Shown here: positions 54,656 to 64,000 of the stretch, piece by piece
Numbering within the stretch: the first letter of the stretch is position 1
How the letters are laid out: every line of letters starts with the position of its first letter
Origin: Convolutriloba macropyga
Lineage: Eukaryota
DNA: 64,000 nt
NCBI RefSeq assembly: GCF_964194025.1
Contig: NC_134472.1
Coordinates: 20,336,001 to 20,400,000, forward strand
Direction: 5' to 3'
Program-made: the position numbers and the translations under genes
Notes under the pieces: model-generated
Told to the model about the DNA's origin: nothing
The model's input: the letters and a program-made list of their open reading frames with translations, nothing else
The model's database searches: none

Positions 54656-57432
54656 ATGGATAAACACTCGAAAGCGCTTTTGTTTATAAATGTGCAATCC
54701 CTAAGATCCCATCATGACCAACTGTGCTGTCAACTAGAAACCCTCAAAACCAAACCAGCTGTAATAGCTGTATGCGAAACCTGGCTCACTGATAACGATC
54801 CCATAGATATATATTTCATAACAGGGTATCAACCATTGAGAGTAAAAAATAGAAACGACAAAAAAGGAGGAGGCGTTGGCTTTTTTGTACGAGAAGATTG
54901 TAAGATAAAATCTAATTTCTTTTTTGAAGAAATTCTGGAACATCTACTCCTATCCATAGAGATCGGAAAAAAGCGAATAAATTTCTGTGTTCTATACAGG
55001 CCTCCCTCGGAAAAAATTCAAAATTTCCTTGAGACTTTTGAAAGTTTATTGTTCAAAATAAACGCGATGAAAGAGGTAACTATTATTTGTGGTGACTTTA
55101 ATATTGATATCTCTGATGCATATCATCAACAGTACCAAAACTTGATCAATTCATTTAATTATGAAATGCAAAACGCAGAACCTACAAGAGTAACTAAGTT
55201 CACGAGCAAATGTATCGATCATATTTTGTCAAAACAATCGAAAGAAGTATCAACCCTGAAATGGTCTTTCAGCGATCATTACGCTCTAATTTATGAATTT
55301 GATTTTTCAGTCTCTAGCTCTCAATCTAATGAATTTTATTACAGTCGTGATTTTGAATGAACAGAATTATTTGAACTTCCTCTTCATTCTCCAACATAGA
55401 TTAAACACGATGAATAGTTATGATCTTGAAAGTTCATGGTGTGAACTAAGTTCAATCTTTCTACAAATTTTTGATGATAAATGTTCAATTACGAAGAAGA
55501 AAATCGTCAAAAACAGTTGGATGACAAACAGGTTAAAGAATCTCATTAGCAAGAGAGATCGGGCACATCATACACTCATATCTCACCCAAATAGTAAAAA
55601 TGAAGTCGGGTTCAAGCAATTACGTAATTTAGTAACAAATGAAGTGCGAAATGCTCGCAAACAACACTATGATCAAAAACTGACTTTATCAGGTAGTCCA
55701 GCACAAAAATTTAGAGTGTTCAAAGAATTCCTAGGGCGAAGGAAAATATCAGTAAAAGACATTGATGTGGAAGAATTTAATCACTTTTTTATCAACGTAG
55801 GGAAGAAAGTGAGTAACACAAATTTTCACAATGTAGACAGTGATCTAGTTTTACCATGTCACGACAAAACTTTTTTCTTATTTCCCGTCAACACTATCGA
55901 AATATTCAACATACTAAGTTCATTAGAAAACAAAAGCACAGCGGGTCATGATGGAATTAGTAATAAACTTTTAAAACTTGTAGCTTCTGTAGTTAGCTAT
56001 CATGTGGCTAAGCTGATAAATAGGAGCATTCAAGAAGGGTTTTTTCCGGTTTGTCTTAAAACAGCTAAGGTAATTCCTATACATAAAAATGGAAGTTTTG
56101 AAAACCCTTCAAACTATCGACCAATTAGTCTATTGTCATCCCTAAGCAAAGTGTTTGAAAAAGTCTTGAATACAAGAATGGTTGAATTCCTCGAAAAACA
56201 TCAACTTCTCTCAAACGAACAGTTCGGTTTCCGGCCAAAACGCTCATGCACACACGCTATCGCATCAGTTACAGAACTGATGCGAAATGTTATTGACTCA
56301 CAAAAAATGGGTTTCGCTTGCTTCATTGACTTTCAAAAGGCATTTGACACAATTGATCATTCACTTCTGATAAAAAAATTACAAAATCTAAGCTTTCGAG
56401 GAAAAATTAGTTCACTCATTGCTTCATTCCTGTCAGATAGAAAACAATTTGTAGTCCACGGATCAAAAGAGTCGAAAAAAATGGAAATTAATGTAGGTGT
56501 TCCATAGGGATCAATTTTGGGCCCGTTGCTGTTTCTTTTGTTTATCAATGATCTGCCTCAAATTGTTCAAGATAATTCAAAATTAGCACTTTTTGCAGAC
56601 GACACAACAATTTTAACATCAGGCAATAATTTGGAAATTAAGGAAAAGCTCAATAATGTCTTGAAAAAGATTGAAAATTGGTCCTCAAGAAACAAACTTG
56701 TCATTAACAGTAAGAAATGTAAAATTGTTGGTTTTGGCCGGAATGTACAAAAATCAAAAAATCTGCTATCAGGCGAAGTGCTTGAAGAAGTAAATTCATT
56801 CAAATATCTAGGAGTGTTCATAGATAAGCATCTCAATTTTGATCTAGACATTTAATATGTTGGCAAAAAATTAGCCAAATTCAACGGAATGCGGTTCCGA
56901 GCAAGAAACTTTTTTACGAAAACTTTTTTATTACAAATGTATAATAGTTATGCCAAACCAATGATATCGTACGGCATTTTAGCTTACGGTTCCGCAAAAA
57001 AAAACAAAACTCAATTCGATTTTCTGTCTACAAAAACGCATTTTAAAGACTATATTTTTCAAAAAGAGAGGAGACCATGTATGCTATCTTTTCAAGCGTT
57101 ACAACGTGCTGTCAGTTTTTGACTTATATTTTGACGCTCTTGTAAAAGAGATCCTGGATCAGATTGCAAAAGTTTCTCCTTTGAATTTTCTTGATGTTGA
57201 CAGTAACATGCCGAACACGCGGGCATCCATTAAGTCACTCATCCCTTTACCAAAATTTAAAACACAGACTCAGAAGAAATCCTTGAGATTTTCAATAATA
57301 AAAATGTTCAACTACCTTGCTAAAGAAAGTCTATTACCCAAACAAGTATCTAAAGAACAGATTTTTTCGATTCGAACTAAACTTAGGGCATATTATTTGG
57401 ATAATAAAGATGTTTTCGATTTGTTTTTTTAG
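54656..57432 (+). pseudogene. LINE ORF2 (APE endonuclease + reverse transcriptase), disrupted
   Basis: AVCETWL, ICGDFN, CIDH, SDH; NYRPISLL, QFGFR, DFQKAFDTIDH, GVP*GS, LFADD, KYLGV; frameshifts and stops. Confidence 0.95.
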
Positions 57433-58250
57433 GTATTGCACGTTTTTTCTCTGGGCACCTCTTGTAGAGTCATTTGACTCGTATGGTGTCCAAGGTGGTA
57501 ATTTGATTAAACTTAATATTCTGTATAAAATGCTCTGTATCATCTACCATCTGAATTTAAATCAAATCAAAGCATGAATTCATTTTTATTTTTTGAATCG
57601 AACAAATTGTTAAGCAATCAGTTTTAAGCTTAAATATTAAATATTAATAATTTTCAACGTTGCTTGCATACATTTTGATGAAAAATGGAACATCAAAAAA
57701 ACTTTTACGGATCAATGAGATAATTTAGTAAGTCAGAACTTAAAAACAATAAAAATAATAACAGATGCTCCGTAACACATTTTTCTTTTCTATTAATTTT
57801 CAATGTTTTCTGTGATTCAGATATTATCATTGTCTGATGGAAACACAGATTTGTTTTCAAATTTTTACATCTGACGATTTGATGTGCTTCAAATTATCTA
57901 TTGTTCAGTTTTTTATCCTTTATTGTTAGAGCTCCTGTGTGCAAATAAAATTTCCAGGGATGACTTAGCGTAACAACTATGATACTAAACTTTTTTTTTG
58001 TCTGATGGGCAGAAGAAAAGTGTTGTAATTATTTTTTGGATACTACTAATTAATTTAGCTTTTTCCTTTTTGTTTACTATAGGTTTTCAAATATGGCCAT
58101 TGATGATCATCGAATATCTATTGAAATCCTTGTTTATGTGTTATAAGATTCGCTGAAAAATTTTATGATTTAGTGTCATTACTAAGAATGATACTTTTAT
58201 GGTATTCATCTCAGGGTGATAAACTATCCTATAAAGTTGCGCTTTTTTAG

Positions 58251-58788
58251 CCAATTTTTGCTGGTCAAAAACGGAAACAACCTGGCTCTGCTCCAACTCC
58301 GCCGACCAATTACGGATTGCATCCGAATTATCAGCATTTGCATCACAGAGAAAGAACACGGAACGCCAGTAGCTACGTGTGGTCTGGGTTCAACATCTGG
58401 CTCCAAATATTCACCGACCAAAAAACTGCGAGAAATTCAGTTAAAAGAAAACAAGCTACACAAACCATTCTCCCCCGTTGTAACTGAAAGGCGACAAATT
58501 TGTCGAGAAGATTCAGTTTGCACGACTAGAGTGACTCCTGGTGGCAACTCCTGTTTCGGCGACGAAGGGAATCCGTTTTACTATCGGAACCCTGGCTTTA
58601 ACGAAAGCTCTGCGGGTCCCTTTTGTTTATATGGCGTAGCAACAGAATATGATTCAAAGACCATAAACAATGAATCTGAAAAGTGTGCTGGTGGGAGTTC
58701 TTTCGCAAGAGTGTCCCATTTTGCAAGATGGATTGATTTCGTACTTTGGCAATCTGCACCAATGCATTTACCCTGTGGGATTTTTTAA
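58251..58788 (+). CDS. Gene C exon 3
   Basis: GNNLALLQL, NSCFGDEGNPF; one extra codon relative to B; total CDS 885 nt. Confidence 0.9.
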
Positions 58789-58859
58789 GAGCCATCCGGA
58801 TCAACTAATTAGCTATACTAAACTAATGTTTAATACAGTGTACCAACTTTTTAACCCTT

Positions 58860-59239
58860 AATCATGTTTCTCATAATATTTTATCAGATTTTCGGTTATA
58901 GTTTCATATTGAATCCGACGTCTGGTGAGCGATGGCCCGCGAGGAAACCTAAGCTGATTATACTACAAATGTTAAAAAACCAATTATATAAAAGGACCAA
59001 AATAATGGTGAAATAATGGGGTTAAAATAGTAGGGGTTGAATAAATAATTATTCATTCAACCCCTACTATTTTAACCCCATTATTTCACAATTATTTTGG
59101 TCCTTTTATATAATTGGTTTTTTAACATATTTGTAGTATTATCAGCTTGCCTTTCCTTGCGGGCCATGGCTCAGCAGACGCTGGATTCGATATGAAACTA
59201 TAACAGAAAATCTGATAAAATTTTATGAGAAACATGGTT
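58860..59239. repeat. 380-bp foldback palindrome just 3' of gene C
   Basis: Arms pair from AATCATGTTTCTC to GAGAAACATGGTT, centred at ~59050. Confidence 0.92.
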
Positions 59240-61276
59240 GTAATGCGACTGCTAATCTGACGGGTGAAATGATAGACGGGTGAAATCATATGGTGTTAAG
59301 ATATGCGGGGTTAAGCTAATCGGGGTGAAAAGAAATGAAACAGTGCGAACGGTGTGAAACGTCCCCTGGTTACTGGTTACTTGACTTGCAAAAGTGAAAA
59401 CGTTAGTACTAATTTTTCAGTAACAAGAAAATTTTTATTTTGTTACTAAATTTGACTATTGAAGTCCACACTTGAGAAATGGTAAAAAATGACGAAAAAT
59501 TTTGGGTCTTTCCAATAACATATTATAGTATAAGCAGTCCTTAACACTACCACGCGTGTGTGACATGTTTCACATAAGAACATAAATATAACAACACAAA
59601 GATTGCAACTGTCTCATAACTGTCTCACCAACGGATCCAACAAAAAGTATTTTTGCAATCAAAAATACTTTTTTGCTAACAAAAATGTCATGAAAAAAAG
59701 TACAGTATGCAATAAATGTGTCGACGGCAGTGACTTTTTGCTGCGACTAAAGGAAGGGATCGAAGCTTACTATCATCCCACCTCAAACACTCTCATTCAC
59801 ACATGAACCAACGCTTTTTGTACAAGAAATTTTGTACAAAAAGACGTAACAAGGGTAAAAACTCCAATGGTCAAATGAGCGAAAATTTTTACCTATATAG
59901 ATGAATGCTAAATTCAACATCAATTGGGTACAATTGCACAGTGCAAATCGGCACAAATAAGATCCTTGTAAACTTAATTTGGATTAGAAAGGGAATCTTT
60001 GCAAATTTATACCTTGGCTGATAGCATTTCAAATTGGATTTTGCTCACGCTCTTGTCTCTACCGCTTTGGATTATTTATTACCGGCGGTGTTTAAAAGGT
60101 CACATAAGCGGGAAAACCGATTTTTGAACAGAACGTCAATTAAAGCAAAAACGTTGGTTATTGTTTTATTTCAAATTGTCCAGGCTGGAGTATTGCTGTG
60201 TGCGGAGCAATGCGCGACTCGCACTTTTATTGCTATAAACGGCCTTCAATTTTTGGATCTAATCCCACTGTCGGTGAAAAGCAAAACCAGTGGTCCTCTT
60301 GCCGTCGCAAACCATGCATGTTTTACATATGACCTATTTTGCGTCATTCGTGCATTGGAATACATTAATTGAAAATAATATTCGATGTTCTGATTGTAAT
60401 GGTTAACCATTAACCATTTCTCAGAAATTTCATTAATATTATATAACAACCGTCTTTTTTATATCGTTTTTGTTTTTCCTTGGACATATTTTGCGTTGAC
60501 ATAAAAAATTGAGCAAGGGTATTATGAATAGATATAGAGGGGTATATTACTTGGATTAGAAAGAAAAATTCGCAAATTTATACCATGGCAGATAGCATTT
60601 TGGATCGGATTTTGCTGACGCTATTGTCTCTACCGCTTTGATGAATTATTTATATAGGTTTCCTTAAAGGGTCCGATAAGCATGAAAACTATTTGTTAGA
60701 AAAAGAAATAATTTAAGCTATTAACTTTGGTTACTGTTTTATTTTTAATTGTCCATGGCGGGAGATTGCTGTGTGCGATCATGGGGCGACTCAAATTTTT
60801 ATGGCAATAAACGGCCCTCAATTTTTTGATCGCGCCCCTCTTAGGCCGAAAACCATGACCAGCCGTCCTATTATTGTCGCAAACCCTGCATGTCTTACAA
60901 ATTACCTATTTTAAAACTTGGAATACTTCAGTTGAATTGATTATGCAATGTCTTGATTGTAAGGGGTAACAATGAATGATTTCTCAGAATTTACATTAAT
61001 GTTACAAAACAATTGTCTTAATTTAATGTCGTTTTACTTTTCCTTGGGCATACTTTGCGTTCACATAAAAAGCCGCGCAAGGGCATTATGAATAGAAAAT
61101 CTGAGCAATATGAGTTACAGGCTTGAAATATCCAACAAAAAGCTATTTTGGTAAGGTGTTTTTAATATTCTTAAACGTGTCAATTAATACATACAACGGT
61201 GCGTAATGCTACTTTTTTTCTTTTCAATGCTTAGGTACACTGCTGAAATTTTATATGATTGCGCTTAAGTAAATGG

Positions 61277-61577
61277 GATCTATTCAGTTTTGCCCCCCCC
61301 CCCCAAGTGTTTTTATGACCCCCAGTTACGAATTATATGTTGTTATCTAGCTTGTTACTATGTAGGAAAATAGGGGTCTTTTCCATTATAGCCCCCCAGC
61401 TTAGTGGTCAGGTAACCTATAGCCCCCCCCCCCCGATCATGGTAATTATACCATAATGGGGGGCTATAATTTCATGGGGGGCTATAATGGGAAAGACCCG
61501 AAAATAGCACGTGCGCCGGGGGGTCATAAAATGTTTATGCTCACTAAGCTGAGGGGTAAGGGACCAGAATAGATCCA
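61277..61577. mobile_element. Nested GG-terminal MITEs with 8-bp TSDs
   Basis: Outer GGATCTATTC...GAATAGATCC between AGTAAAT(G/T) repeats; inner 61374-61499 GGGTCTTT..AAAGACCC between GAAAATAG repeats; related copies at 44760, 47770 and 61750-63985. Confidence 0.7.
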
Positions 61578-62714
61578 GTAAATTCTTGATTTGAAGACCA
61601 ACTCTATAAATAGGGCGGGGGAAAAAGAAGTTAATTTGAAAATTTTATTCAACATTTCGACTCACTAAATGGTTATTGAAAAACTCTAGAAGTTTTCAGG
61701 GACTTCAAAAGAAGTCACGTTACCTATAAAGCTAAATTAAAAATTGGGATCTATTCTCTTCCCCCAGTGTATCTTACGTCCCCCAGTTCCAAATTTTATG
61801 TTGTTATATAGCACATTACTAAAAATAGCATGTGCGCTTGGGTGCGCAGAAATATAAGCCGACTAAGCTGGACGGGGGGCAACAGAATAGATCCAAAAAT
61901 TGATTCGTAGTATCAACTTTAAGAAAGGCAAATTAATTACCATTTCCAACGGATTCAGCGCTGATCATACACGATTTTACTGTTATTTTTGTAAAATGTT
62001 TTTTGAATTTTTGTTAGCGTTGATACCCTGTCCGGGGTGAGAATGTGAATAGAGATGTGTCAGCAGCTTCACGCGAAAAAACGATCCACGAAAGTATAAG
62101 CGTGGCGAGAAAATTCAACACGTGCTCTGTACTTATTAACCGATTGTTTATCAAGCTAACTAAGTCTTTTGGAAGATACAAAAGCTACGAAAAAAACAAT
62201 AAAAACAAAAAAAATTAGAAGAAAGCGAAGTTGGTGGTGATATACAAGAGAAACACATCACCGAAATCCTTTGGTTTTTCCCTTTATGTCCCCTATACAA
62301 TTTGCGGGTGTTTTGGGTCTTTCCCATTATAGCCCTCCCCCCATCCCCATTATGGTATAATTATCATGTTTGAGGGGGTTATAGGTTATCTGACCACTAA
62401 GCTGGGGGGGGGGGTGGGCTATAATGGGAAAGACCCACACAAAATTATAACCTCCCGTAATGGTAAGTTTACAGGGATCTATTCTGTTTCGGCCCCCCAG
62501 TGTTTTTTATGACCCCCAGTTACAAATTATATGTTGTTATATAGCACGTTACTATAAAGGGATCTATTCGGTTTCGGCCCCCCAGTGTTTTTTATGACCC
62601 CCAGTTACAAATTATATGTTGTTATATAGCACGTTACCCTTATGTACATATAAAGGGAGGGAGGCATTAACGGGAAAAAATCGAATTCTTTTTTGAATAC
62701 TCTGAGCAAGTAGC

Positions 62715-62932
62715 ATGGAAGGAGCTCCTCCACCTCCGTCTGCACCTCCCCCGCCCCCTGCAACTCCGCGTCCCCACCCAAATCAAGAGTCGCAACCCAC
62801 TGAGCGCCTGATTCCAGCCACAGAACAGGCCATCCCAAATCCTCGACCTCGCAAAAGTCCAAAGCGTCGAAGTCCCAACCGAAGGAGTCCTCGGAGTCCC
62901 AGGCGTTCCCCTAACAGATCTCGCGGACACAG
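62715..62932 (+). CDS. Possible first coding exon of an unknown gene (Pro-rich, then RSP repeats)
   Basis: GC-rich island, GCATGG start context, MEGAPPPP...RKSPKRRSPNRRSPRSPRRSPNRSR, possible donor AG|GTTACT; no downstream exon identified. Confidence 0.4.
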
Positions 62933-64000
62933 GTTACTCAATGTTACTCTAATTTTGATAAACTTAAATTTAAGTGTCTCTATTATTATTAAACTCCCCC
63001 CCCCCCCACTCTGCAAAAATTAAGATCTTTTTCCAGTTAAGAGGTATACTTTGGGCAACGAGGGGATCGTAGTGCACTATGTGATCGATAAGCTGGCTCA
63101 TTAAGCTATAGGTACAAACGGAAAAACTCCAACAAAGTTAACGAGGCCATATGGGGAGAGGGAATACTTTTTAAGACCCCTCATCTAGTAAAACAGAGCT
63201 TGATACACCTTGCTATGTCATGCAAGATAATGATATTTCTGGCTAAACTACAAACATTGGATCTTTTCAATTGTGCCTCCCAAGAAGTTTTGCACCCATC
63301 CCCTCACTCAGCCCCCCAGATACAGAGCATGTATCATTACATAGTAAATCATTATATAAAAATATGACACGTGCTCCTTTGGCGGGTCTTTCCCATTATA
63401 GAGCCCACCCCCCCAGCTTAGTGGTCAGATAACCTATAGCCCCCCAAACATGGTAACTATACTATAAAGGGGGGCTATAATTTCATTGGGGGGCTATAAT
63501 TGGAAAGACAACCTTTGGCTTGCAAATATTAAGCACCCACTAAGCTGGGGAGCACAAACGGAAAAGATCCGAAACATCTTGCTTAGGTCTTGGGAGGCAA
63601 AACTATCTGGGAGCACCACCATAACACGGCAAGATTGATGATGTTTTAGTATTTTTCTTATCAAGGAGTATCCAGTTTTGGGTTTTGGTTCACTGGGCAT
63701 ATTTCTTCCGACCCTCTGGCAAAAAAACAGATGCGATGCATTTATATTAAAGCTGAAATTATGCTGTTGTGTGGTATCGTCTTTTTGCAGCTGATTTTGT
63801 TGACTTTGACAAAAAATTTTTTGGATCCAATCTGTTCCCCCCAGTGTTTTTTATGACCCCCAGTTACAAATTATATGCTGTAATATAGCACGTTACTATG
63901 TAAGAAAATAGCACGTGCACCTGGGGGGTCATAAAAAATTTATGCTCACTAAGCTTGGGGGGCTTGCGAAACAGAATAGATTGAAGTTTTCTTTTCAATT

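Larger units (their letters stand above)
53611..57573 (+). mobile_element. Near full-length CR1/L2-group LINE in gene C intron 2
   Basis: ORF1 plus APE-RT ORF2, short AAATC 3' repeats, no clear TSD; empty site AAAAAAC|ATGAATTC at ~36268 in gene B. Confidence 0.92.

Overview
AT-rich eukaryotic (animal-like) scaffold with GT-AG introns and several N gaps; there is no sign of prokaryotic organisation. The host genes are a tandem cluster of three 3-exon trypsin-family (S1A) genes on the + strand: A 805-5032, B 28959-42114 and C 49239-58788. All three splice to intact 293-294 aa ORFs with a signal-peptide-like N-terminus, yet all three catalytic-triad residues are replaced (pseudo-proteases). B and C are near-identical and differ mainly by six independent intronic TE insertions, and each copy shows the empty sites of the other. 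The insertions are a Copia LTR element with a half-tRNA-type PBS, a CR1/L2-group LINE, two Helentron/DINE-1-like elements and two CACTA/EnSpm-type non-autonomous elements. The divergent gene A shares a ~137 bp near-identical exon-3 tract with B/C, which suggests gene conversion. The rest of the window is an EnSpm/CACTA transposon with a frameshifted transposase, tandem repeats, foldback and nested MITEs, and a possible first exon of another gene near 62.7 kb. All alignments were done by eye.
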